The notes below the pieces were generated by a model. The model ran no database searches and was not told where the DNA came from. It saw only the letters and a program-made list of their open reading frames with translations. A stretch of DNA of 29,524 nt from an uncultured Gammaproteobacteria bacterium (GTDB taxonomy: Bacteria > Patescibacteriota > Microgenomatia > Curtissbacterales > GWA2-41-24), in NCBI GenBank assembly GCA_964389935.1, contig CAYMGH010000003.1, positions 1-29,524 of the forward strand. The letters run 5' to 3'. Each line of letters opens with the position of its first letter. The stretch's first letter is position 1. The position numbers were made by a program, and so were the translations under genes. Positions 1 through 8,152 of the stretch are shown here, piece by piece.

Positions 1-851
1 TTATCGGTATAGATAACTTCAATGATTATTATGACCCAAAAATCAAAAAGAAAAACTTAAAGCAAGCCTTAAAAAATAAAAAGTTTAAACTCTACCGCAA
101 AGATATTTTAAATTACGATAAATTGGAGCAGATTTTTAAAAAAGAAAAACCGCAAGAAATTGTTCACTTGGCAGCAAGGGCAGGAGTCAGGCCTTCCATA
201 GAAAACCCAATGGTATATGTAAATACCAATGTCCTTGGCACCGTTAATCTCCTAAAACTTGCTGTCGATTTTAAAGTTGGGCAGTTTATCTTTGGCTCTT
301 CATCATCAGTATACGGAAATTCCAAAAGATTGCCTTTTTCGGAAGAAGACCCTTGTGACAAGATAATTTCTCCATATGGCGCTTCCAAGAGAGCCGCAGA
401 ATTTTGGGTTGAAACTTTTTGGCGAGTATACGGTCTTAAATCAATAATCTTGAGATTTTTTACCGTCTACGGTCCGAGAGGAAGACCGGACATGGCTCCG
501 GCACTTTTTACGAAAGCAATTTTAGACAGAAAAACAATAAAACAGTTTGGAGATGGTTCGAGCAGCCGCGATTACACCTATATAGGTGATATAGTTGACG
601 GTATCGTCAAAGCTTTACAAAGAGATTCTAATTTCGAAATTTTTAATCTGGGAAACAATCATTCGGTGTTATTAGCCGATTTTATAACAAGTATTGAGAA
701 TGTAATCGGCAGGAAAGCAAAAATTAAAAAACTGCTAAAACAACCCGGAGATGTTGAAAAGACATGGGCAAATATAGAAAAAGCGGAAAGATTATTATCA
801 TGGAAACCGAAAGTTGGTATTAAACAGGGAATCTATAAATATCTCAAATAA
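1..851 (+). CDS. NAD-dependent epimerase, UDP-glucuronate 4-epimerase-like SDR (5' end outside the window)
   Basis: The frame is open from base 3 (IGIDNFNDYYDPKIKKKNL...), upstream of the ORF-track start at 123. Motifs HLAARAGVRPSIENP, YGASK (YxxxK) and RFFTVYGPRGRPDMA are typical of this subfamily. Confidence 0.85.
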   Translation, partial: IGIDNFNDYYDPKIKKKNLKQALKNKKFKLYRKDILNYDKLEQIFKKEKPQEIVHLAARAGVRPSIENPMVYVNTNVLGTVNLLKLAVDFKVGQFIFGSSSSVYGNSKRLPFSEEDPCDKIISPYGASKRAAEFWVETFWRVYGLKSIILRFFTVYGPRGRPDMAPALFTKAILDRKTIKQFGDGSSSRDYTYIGDIVDGIVKALQRDSNFEIFNLGNNHSVLLADFITSIENVIGRKAKIKKLLKQPGDVEKTWANIEKAERLLSWKPKVGIKQGIYKYLK

Positions 852-1612
852 TTTTTTGCCTTCTTAGATTTTTTACCAAATTCTTTGTCCAAACTTAAGA
901 TTAGTTTAGTAATTGGCGATTTGTAAAATTTGTTCAAAAAAATTGTATTTGGAATTACGCAGTGTCCACCGATTGGTCCATCTTTAAATTCAAGAATAGG
1001 CCTCACTACAGCAGGTTTTGATTCTTTATAGCTTTCATTATAGATTTGATTAAATTTTTTGTAGACATTATCAAAATTAATTTTCATATTTTTACAAATT
1101 TTAAAAGCCATTTTATTGAAAATAATATTCCAAGCATAGTAAGTGGTATCTAAAAGCTTAGCTACTTCAGATTCGAGTGAGCTATTAAATTCAAACGTCT
1201 TAATGCCTATTGTATTAAAATGTTTCCTCGCCAACTCTTTTGAATGTTTATTTACGGGTCCAATCACTTTTGTAAAATTTAAAATATCTCTTTTTAACTT
1301 TGGATGCTTTCCCATAACTGGTGAGTGAACTATGTTTTTGTTAGTATTGCCATAAATATTTTCGGTCGTCTTTGGCATGACAGTCGAATGTATAATTGTA
1401 AGGCTTGGGTTGTTGAGCCTAATTTGCCTAACTGCAACCTTTTCGAAATTTTTGGAATATGGAATACATACATGAAGAACATCAAGTCTCGTCCGTTTTA
1501 TTTCATCAAATTTTACGTCTTTTTTTAAAACAAGGTATTTCTTTTCAAGGATGCTTGAAATCGCACTCCCTACTTCTCCTATTCCCAAAACACCAATTAT
1601 AGATTTTTTCAT
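833..1612 (-). CDS. Short (259 aa) UDP-glucose/GDP-mannose dehydrogenase-family protein without the C-terminal UDP-binding domain
   Basis: Rossmann GIGEVG, VCIP, HSTVMPKTT, HSP, SEVAKLLDTTY (Lys152) and PIGGHCVIPN (Cys218). The protein ends about 40 aa after GGHC. Confidence 0.7.
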   Translation of the reverse strand: MKKSIIGVLGIGEVGSAISSILEKKYLVLKKDVKFDEIKRTRLDVLHVCIPYSKNFEKVAVRQIRLNNPSLTIIHSTVMPKTTENIYGNTNKNIVHSPVMGKHPKLKRDILNFTKVIGPVNKHSKELARKHFNTIGIKTFEFNSSLESEVAKLLDTTYYAWNIIFNKMAFKICKNMKINFDNVYKKFNQIYNESYKESKPAVVRPILEFKDGPIGGHCVIPNTIFLNKFYKSPITKLILSLDKEFGKKSKKAKNYLRYL

Positions 1613-1618
1613 GCCGAT

Positions 1619-1627
1619 ATTATATCA
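1619..1627 (-). promoter_or_regulatory. Extended -10 promoter (TGATATAAT) for the short dehydrogenase, probably leaderless
   Basis: Perfect TGn-TATAAT on the minus strand ending 6 nt before the ATG at 1612. Confidence 0.6.
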
Positions 1628-1635
1628 TCGGTAAC

Positions 1636-1641
1636 TATAAT
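1636..1641 (+). promoter_or_regulatory. -10 box (TATAAT) candidate for the 1680-8152 operon
   Basis: Perfect hexamer in the 67-bp divergent gap; no clear -35. Confidence 0.4.
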
Positions 1642-1679
1642 TACTGCTTTATATCAAAGTTTATTTAACAATCAATTCA

Positions 1680-2882
1680 ATGAAAAAAAGGACTATTTCT
1701 ATTGCTGATCTTAGGATATCAAAAAAAGCAAAAAGATATATTCTTCAGACGTTAAACGAAAACAGGTTATCTTACGGGAAATTTACTCAAAAGTTTGAAA
1801 CTCAATTTGCTAAACTTCACAATAGAAAGTATGCCATTGTATCAAATAGCGGCACAAGTGGACTTCAGGTTGCTATACACGCGCTAAAAGAGCAGTCGGG
1901 ATGGGATGATGGTGACGAGATTATCGTTCCTGCTATTACTTTTATTGCTTCATCAAACGCGATTATTCACAATAATCTAAGACCGGTGTTTGTAGATGTT
2001 GAATCAAATTATTACTGCATTGACCCAAAAAAAATAGAAGAGGAAATCACTAAAAAAACTAAGGCGATAATGCCCGTTCATCTTTTCGGCCAAAGTGCTG
2101 ATATGGACCCAATCATGAAAATTGCCAAAAAGTACAATTTAAAAGTAATTGAAGATTCATGCGAGGCAATGTTTATTAAATACAAAGGTGAACCGGTTGG
2201 ATCTATGGGTGACGTAGCCGTTTTTTCAACTTACGTTGCTCATATCATAGTAACCGGAGTGGGCGGCATAGTGACAACAAATGACGAATCACTTGCAACA
2301 ATTATTAAAAGTTTGATATTCCATGGAAGAGACAACATCTACCTCAAAATCGAAGATGATGATACGAGTGATAGAGTAAAGCTAAATTCTCTAATTGAAA
2401 GACGATTCCAGTTTCATCATGTTGGTTATTCCTATAGAATTACGGAGATGGAAGGCGCGCTTGGTTTGGCAGCGCTTCAAGAAAAAAATAAAATAATCAG
2501 AAAACGACAATGGGCCGGAAAAGAGATTACGAAATCACTTAAAATGTTCTCACAATTGTTTGAACTGCCAAAAACACGCAATGGTTCAGAACACATATAC
2601 ATGTTTTACCCAATTGTTATTAAAAATAACAGGATTGAGAAGGAAGATTTTCTTCTATTTTTAGAGGAAAATGGTGTAGAAACCCGTCTTTTTATGCCAC
2701 TTTTAAATCAGCCCATATATAAAAAAATTTTTGGAGACACAGAAAATGAATACCCGATTGCTAAACAACTTGTAGATAAGGGCTTCTTGATTGGCTGCCA
2801 TCAATACCTCAAAGAAGCTGATATAAAGTATTTAGGCAATTTGTTTAAAAGATATTTAAATGATGAAGGACTTTTGGCATAG
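1680..2882 (+). CDS. DegT/DnrJ-fold PLP enzyme with His at the Schiff-base Lys position; ColD/E1-type sugar 3-dehydratase-like
   Basis: SGTSGL, PVHLFGQ, IEDSCEAM and FSTYVAHIIVTGVGG (His188, codon CAT at 2241-2243, where aminotransferases have K). The later GRDNIY segment lacks the Cys cluster of E1. Confidence 0.75.
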   Translation: MKKRTISIADLRISKKAKRYILQTLNENRLSYGKFTQKFETQFAKLHNRKYAIVSNSGTSGLQVAIHALKEQSGWDDGDEIIVPAITFIASSNAIIHNNLRPVFVDVESNYYCIDPKKIEEEITKKTKAIMPVHLFGQSADMDPIMKIAKKYNLKVIEDSCEAMFIKYKGEPVGSMGDVAVFSTYVAHIIVTGVGGIVTTNDESLATIIKSLIFHGRDNIYLKIEDDDTSDRVKLNSLIERRFQFHHVGYSYRITEMEGALGLAALQEKNKIIRKRQWAGKEITKSLKMFSQLFELPKTRNGSEHIYMFYPIVIKNNRIEKEDFLLFLEENGVETRLFMPLLNQPIYKKIFGDTENEYPIAKQLVDKGFLIGCHQYLKEADIKYLGNLFKRYLNDEGLLA

Positions 2883-3825
2883 AAAACGAGTTTTAGTAAC
2901 TGGTGGGACAGGTTTTATCGGCTCATATGTAGCCGAAATTTTGCTGAAGAAAGGATCAGATGTTTCAGTAACAACATTGGACGACAACTTTGAAAACATT
3001 TCAGGGTTTAAAAAAGATCTAAAGATTTTACGGGCAAATTTAACGGATTTTAAAGATGCAAAAAGAGTAACTAAAAGTAAAGATGTAGTTTTAAACCTTG
3101 CTTCTAAAGTGGCCGGCATCCAGTACAATGTTAATCATCCTGTTGAAATGTTTGAAGATAACATATCTATTGCAAAAAACGTTATTAGCGCTGCCTATCA
3201 AAATAACGTAGGAAGGTTGCTGATAGTAAGCTCGGCGTGCGTTTATTCAAGTGATAGCAGGGTACCCAATATAGAGCAAGAAGGGTTTTTAGGTGATCCT
3301 GAGTCTACTAACTTAGGATATGGCTGGGCAAAAAGGGTTTCTGAACTCCTAGGCCGATTCTATTTTCAAGAGTATGGGTTTAAAATCGCAATCGCCCGCC
3401 CTTTTAATGCCTACGGACCTAGAGACAATTTTGATCCAAGATTTTCACACGTAATACCCGGAATCATCAAAAGAGTTTTCGATGGAGAAAATCCGTTAAT
3501 TGTCTGGGGCAGTGGAAAACAAACAAGATCGTTTATTTATGCCGAAGATTTTGCAAAAGGTCTTCTTAGAACTGTTGAAAAATATTGTGTTTCTGATCCC
3601 GTTAATATTGGTTCAAGTGAGGAGATCACTATAAAAGATTTGGCATATCTGATAGCAAGACTTTCAGGAAAAAAGCTTAAAATTAAGTTTGACAGGAGAA
3701 AACCTGACGGCCAGCCAAGAAGAATGGGTAGTGTCAAAAAAGCAAAAACTAAATTGGGATTCGAGTCCAAAACCTCTCTAAAGGAGGGTTTGGAAAGGAC
3801 AATAGAATGGTACAAACATCTTTAA
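2860..3825 (+). CDS. GDP-L-fucose synthase/ColC-like SDR epimerase-reductase
   Basis: TGGTGFIGS, NLASKVAGI, SSACVY (Cys), GYGWAK (YxxxK), PFNAYGPRDNFD..SHVIPGII (His), VWGSGKQTRSF, KPDGQPRR. Confidence 0.75.
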   Translation: MMKDFWHRKRVLVTGGTGFIGSYVAEILLKKGSDVSVTTLDDNFENISGFKKDLKILRANLTDFKDAKRVTKSKDVVLNLASKVAGIQYNVNHPVEMFEDNISIAKNVISAAYQNNVGRLLIVSSACVYSSDSRVPNIEQEGFLGDPESTNLGYGWAKRVSELLGRFYFQEYGFKIAIARPFNAYGPRDNFDPRFSHVIPGIIKRVFDGENPLIVWGSGKQTRSFIYAEDFAKGLLRTVEKYCVSDPVNIGSSEEITIKDLAYLIARLSGKKLKIKFDRRKPDGQPRRMGSVKKAKTKLGFESKTSLKEGLERTIEWYKHL

Positions 3826-4505
3826 TAATTTTAACAAGAAATGAAATAGAAGGATTAAAAGCCTTAATCAGAAAAATACCTTTTGAAACGGCAGATGAGT
3901 ACTTTGCTATAGATTATAAATCGACAGACGGAACTTTAGAGTTTTTTAAAAAACACCAGATAGAAATTGTGGCACAAAAAGAACCGGGCAGAGGAAAAGC
4001 ATTCGAACTTGGAGCCCTTAGAGCTAAAGGCAAGTACTTAGCGTTTTTCAGCCCTGATGGAAATGAAAATCCTGCCGATATTCCAAAGCTGATAACACTT
4101 CTTAAAAATGGTGCTGATTTGGCAATTGCTTCAAGATTTATGAAAGGCTCCAGAAATGAAGAAGATGATAAGGTTTTGAAACCGAGAGCATGGGCAAATA
4201 GAATGTTTAGCTTAGCAGTTAGAGTTTTTTGGGGTGGAAAAGTAACAGATTCGATTAATGGGTATAGAGCAATAAGAAAAGATGCTTTAAAAAAACTTCG
4301 TTTGGACGCTTCAGGTTTTGCGGTTGAATATCAGATGACGATTAGAGCATTGAAGCTTGGACTAAAGGTTTCTGAAATTCCAACCATCGAGGGAAACAGA
4401 ATCGGCGGACAAAGCACTTCTTATGCAATACCAACTGGATTAAAGTTTCTGGGATATTTACTCCGGGAAATTTTTATAGGCAAAAGTTTTCTTCATGGCA
4501 AATAA
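3807..4505 (+). CDS. GT2 glycosyltransferase, polyprenyl-phosphate (DPM synthase/ArnC-like) type
   Basis: 232 aa; IILTRNE, DYKSTDGT, SPDGNENP, IASRF, TDSINGYRAIR, EIPTIEGNRIGGQS. Confidence 0.75.
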   Translation: MVQTSLIILTRNEIEGLKALIRKIPFETADEYFAIDYKSTDGTLEFFKKHQIEIVAQKEPGRGKAFELGALRAKGKYLAFFSPDGNENPADIPKLITLLKNGADLAIASRFMKGSRNEEDDKVLKPRAWANRMFSLAVRVFWGGKVTDSINGYRAIRKDALKKLRLDASGFAVEYQMTIRALKLGLKVSEIPTIEGNRIGGQSTSYAIPTGLKFLGYLLREIFIGKSFLHGK

Positions 4506-6057
4506 GCCTCTGATTCTCGTTTTTGTCTGGTCTTTAATCTTTATCTTTTTCACAACACTGTGGATTGTTATCGATAATAAACCTCCTGCGCAGGATCAGG
4601 CATATTATTTAACTGGTGCCGAAAGTCTTTATCAAACTTTGAAAGATGAGGGCCTTCTGGGTTTTCTTTCTCAAACAACTACTGTCCTTGGACGCAAAGC
4701 TCCCCTAATTTCAATTAGTCCGATTCCCCTATACGCTATCTTTGGTCCATCACAAAAGATTGCTCTAAGTGTTAATATCATTTTTTTTGTACTTTTTGTT
4801 ATATTTTTCTATCTGCTAATCCGAAAATTGCACAACTCCTATATTGCTTTTTTAAGTATTCTAATTGTTTCAACAATGCCTATTTTTTACGGGCTCGTGA
4901 GAAATTTTTTTGTAGAATTCGGACTAATGACACTAGTAATTATGTGGCTGTACTTTCTCCTAAAGACTGATTCCCTTGCAAATAAAAAATATTTGGTATT
5001 TTTGGGCATTGTAAGCGGGCTTGGAATGTTAATGAAATTTCATTTTTTTATCTTCACCGCTTTGCCCTTTTTACTAAAGGGTTATCAAAATTTCAAAAAA
5101 TATAGAAATCCTAGAAAGATCGTCACAGCTATTTTGTTAGTTGGCTTCCCCGCCTTTATTGTCGCTGGACCGTGGTACTCCCAAAACATTCTGACTGTAC
5201 TCTGGCACGCAAAAAGAGCAACCGATCCGCAACTATTAGGCGATTACTACTATGGCAATCCTTTTACTATCGACGTGATTTCGAGATACTTTACTGATCT
5301 AATAAACTATGCGGTTTCACCGTATTATATAATCCTGTTTTTAATTTTTTCCTTAGCAGTTATTTTGACTAAGAAGAAAATTAAAATTCACGGAGCTCTA
5401 TTAAGTTACTTTTTTCTTCCTTTCATTGTTTTCTTTTTTGGTCCGAATAAAGACTATCGATTTATGCTACCTTTGGTCCCATTTTTAGGTTTTTTGATTG
5501 CCTATCTATTTACTAAGGTTTTGGGAAAAAGCTACAAGTTAGCATTTATTTCTGTGGCTTTTCCAATTTTAGTCTTTGTTAATAGCTCTGTAGCAAATAA
5601 CTTTGTTTTAAAAGAAAAAATTTCATTAGGCCCACTTCTATTTTATGGAAGTCGAGTCGGTTATGCAGAGAAACCAGAGTCTGATTACTTTCCAAACGAG
5701 CAAGTTATTAACACAATTAAAAGAGAGTCTTTTAAAGCACCGTCAATACTTATTAGCGCGTCTGAAGATAGATATCTCAATATAAATAATTTGCAATACT
5801 ACAATATTAAAAACGGCTCACCTTTTGAAATAAAAACTGTCTCTTATCTTAAAGATGTAGAAATCGACGACGTAACGATGATGGTTAATATGGGAGATTT
5901 TTTGGTAATGAGGGTAGGAGTAACAGATAGACCTAAAGACATTAATATATATAATGAGTCAATTTTAATGAGTTTGGATAAAAGTGTATGGTCATTAATC
6001 TCATCAGATATTACCTTTCCAGATGGTGGAAGAGTCTTGATATTTAAAAAATCATGA
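4495..6057 (+). CDS. Multi-pass membrane GT-C-fold (ArnT/PMT-like) glycosyltransferase
   Basis: 520 aa with many hydrophobic segments; PPAQDQAYYL after the first TM; FFVEFGL, GLGMLMKF, PWY and KDYRFMLP motifs; soluble C-terminal tail. Confidence 0.7.
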   Translation: MANKPLILVFVWSLIFIFFTTLWIVIDNKPPAQDQAYYLTGAESLYQTLKDEGLLGFLSQTTTVLGRKAPLISISPIPLYAIFGPSQKIALSVNIIFFVLFVIFFYLLIRKLHNSYIAFLSILIVSTMPIFYGLVRNFFVEFGLMTLVIMWLYFLLKTDSLANKKYLVFLGIVSGLGMLMKFHFFIFTALPFLLKGYQNFKKYRNPRKIVTAILLVGFPAFIVAGPWYSQNILTVLWHAKRATDPQLLGDYYYGNPFTIDVISRYFTDLINYAVSPYYIILFLIFSLAVILTKKKIKIHGALLSYFFLPFIVFFFGPNKDYRFMLPLVPFLGFLIAYLFTKVLGKSYKLAFISVAFPILVFVNSSVANNFVLKEKISLGPLLFYGSRVGYAEKPESDYFPNEQVINTIKRESFKAPSILISASEDRYLNINNLQYYNIKNGSPFEIKTVSYLKDVEIDDVTMMVNMGDFLVMRVGVTDRPKDINIYNESILMSLDKSVWSLISSDITFPDGGRVLIFKKS

Positions 6058-6923
6058 ATTACAAGTATTTGATTTCAAGTGGTACAAGAAGGAGAGTTTT
6101 GAGGCACGTCGAAAGAACTCTTGCTGTTTCTAACAAAAGACCTGCTGAGGAAATAACGGATGCTTTACTTTCCTGGAAAAGAGCTAAAGAACATCTTTTG
6201 GATCTCGAAAAAATTTTAGGCTCTGTAAAAGGAAAAAAGTTATTGGAAGTCGGCAGTGGATACGGGTTATTTTTGACTTTGAGCCTTTTAAAAGGTGCAA
6301 AATCAATAGGTTTGGAGCCGGCTAAAAACCGCTCTTACACCCTCACCTCCGAAGTAAGCATGGAAATTTTAGAAAAAGCCGGTTTTTCTAAGAAACTGGT
6401 CAAGTCTGGCTTTGGTGAAAGACTTCCGTTTGCCGACAATTCATTTGATCTAATCGTCTCATTTTACACTCTCGAACACGTAAAAAATGTTGAGAAGGTA
6501 ATCGAAGAATCAATAAGAGTTTTAAAACCTCGTGGATATATTTATTTTGTCGTTCCAAACTATGGATCTTTTTGGGAGGGTCATTATGGCATACCATGGG
6601 TGCCCTATATTTCCAAAACTCTGGCAAAATATTATGTTAAGTTTTGGGGAAAGAAAGGCAAACTTCTTGAAGAGTTACAGTTGGTAAATGCTTTTGCTCT
6701 TCAAAGAATTGCAGAAAAGCTACCAGTTGAAATAGTTGATATGGGAAAAAATCTTTTTGGTAAAAAGGTTTTAAGATTAAAAAGAGATTCTATTGGAACT
6801 TTAGGATCCGCTTACGGAATAATCCACTTTTTAAAAAGCTTAGGAATCTTGAAAATCTTTATCAACTTGGCTAATCTCATTAATGCTCAAACGCCGATAA
6901 TATTTATAGCTAGAAAAACATGA
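6054..6923 (+). CDS. Class I SAM-dependent methyltransferase
   Basis: LLEVGSGYG, ERLPFADNSFDLIVS, TLEHV, RVLKPRG; ATGA overlaps at both ends. Confidence 0.85.
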   Translation: MNYKYLISSGTRRRVLRHVERTLAVSNKRPAEEITDALLSWKRAKEHLLDLEKILGSVKGKKLLEVGSGYGLFLTLSLLKGAKSIGLEPAKNRSYTLTSEVSMEILEKAGFSKKLVKSGFGERLPFADNSFDLIVSFYTLEHVKNVEKVIEESIRVLKPRGYIYFVVPNYGSFWEGHYGIPWVPYISKTLAKYYVKFWGKKGKLLEELQLVNAFALQRIAEKLPVEIVDMGKNLFGKKVLRLKRDSIGTLGSAYGIIHFLKSLGILKIFINLANLINAQTPIIFIARKT

Positions 6924-8152
6924 ATACAAAAGATCTTTCATCCACTTTTGGTTTGGATCTTAATTATTTTATAAAAGGCGGCGCCTGGCTAACTTTTTCT
7001 GCGGTCGCGACGGCGCTGGGCGGAATTATTCTTTCAACTCTTTTCGCAAGACTTTGGCCTCCTGATGTTTTTGGACAATTTTCATTTCTAACGGCAGCGC
7101 TGGGTTTTATGAGCTTGACCGTCCTACCTGGGATGAGCCAGGCAATAACTCAGGCATCCGCTGAAAATAAAGACGGCACCTACCCAGCGACGATCAAAAT
7201 TTTGACAAGGTGGTCGACTCTTGGAACGGTTTTATTGATCGGAGGATCTTTATATTTCTACTTTAGAGAAAATTCTAACCTGGCCGCTGCAACTTTTGTA
7301 AGCGCACTGGCCTTTCCAATAAGCTCAATATTCTCGCTGTATAATGCTTATCTTTCTGGTAAGAAAAAATTTAAAAACGTAGCTATTTTTACCGTAATTG
7401 CCCAGTTTTCGTCAATTGGTGCAACAGCCCTAGCGCTTTTATTTTTCCCCAGCCTTTTTGCTGTGGCTCTTTTATCTTTCTGGTCAACTGCAATTGTTAA
7501 TGCAATTTTGACTTTTGTCACCCTGAGAAAAGTCGAAAACGAAAAAGTTGACAAAAAATTATTAGACTTTGGCAAACATTTAAGTTTTTCTCAAATTTTT
7601 CCAATAGGCGCAGAATACTTCGATAGATTCCTAATTCCAATTCTTTTAGGTTTTTCAGCAAACGCAGTTTACGCTTTTGCAATTATTATCCCGATGCAAA
7701 TCCATAATTTTTTAAAAATATTCATCAATCTAGCGCAACCTAAAATAACTGAAATTGGCGACAAAAATCTGCAAAAAGATTTAATTAAAAAGTGCCTCCA
7801 ACTTGAACTATTAATATTAGGGATCGTACTTGCGTACATATTTTTTGCTCCATTTATTTTTGATTTGCTGTATCCTGGCTATAAAAAGAGTGCCCTTTTA
7901 ATTTCACAAATTTTTTCACTTAGCCTACTGTACTTCCCCAGCAATCTTTTTGGTTTGGCCTTAGTTAAAAAGAGGAGTGCAAAATCTATTTATATGAGCA
8001 ATAGCGGGTATGCACTAATAAGTATTTTTTCTTTGTTAGTATTAGTGCCTACATTGGGTATTTTAGGTGCTGTTATTGCAAAAATAATAGCAAGATTTTC
8101 AAGTGCTATTATGCAAATTTATTTATTCAAGAGACTTAGAGTTAATAATTGA
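6920..8152 (+). CDS. wzx: Wzx-type oligosaccharide flippase (MATE-like/polysaccharide exporter)
   Basis: 410 aa, about 12 hydrophobic helices; ARLWPPDVFGQFS near the N-terminus, FDRFLI..LG..ANAVYAFA mid-protein, LLVLVPTLGILGAVIA near the C-terminus. Confidence 0.75.
   Translation: MNTKDLSSTFGLDLNYFIKGGAWLTFSAVATALGGIILSTLFARLWPPDVFGQFSFLTAALGFMSLTVLPGMSQAITQASAENKDGTYPATIKILTRWSTLGTVLLIGGSLYFYFRENSNLAAATFVSALAFPISSIFSLYNAYLSGKKKFKNVAIFTVIAQFSSIGATALALLFFPSLFAVALLSFWSTAIVNAILTFVTLRKVENEKVDKKLLDFGKHLSFSQIFPIGAEYFDRFLIPILLGFSANAVYAFAIIIPMQIHNFLKIFINLAQPKITEIGDKNLQKDLIKKCLQLELLILGIVLAYIFFAPFIFDLLYPGYKKSALLISQIFSLSLLYFPSNLFGLALVKKRSAKSIYMSNSGYALISIFSLLVLVPTLGILGAVIAKIIARFSSAIMQIYLFKRLRVNN

Noticed and set aside
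123-125. ORF-track start (TTG) of the first epimerase
   Set aside because: The frame is open to the window edge with conserved GIDNFNDYYDP upstream, so the true start is outside the window.
833-1612. Frameshifted pseudogene of a full-length UDP-glucose dehydrogenase
   Set aside because: No C-terminal-domain remnant is visible beyond the stop (that DNA encodes the epimerase on the other strand), and the catalytic motifs and promoter are intact. It cannot be fully excluded without homologues.
1680-2882. Calling this gene a plain aminotransferase, E1/RfbH or a pseudogene
   Set aside because: The Lys is replaced by His, the E1 Fe-S cysteines are absent, and the ORF is full length and intact.
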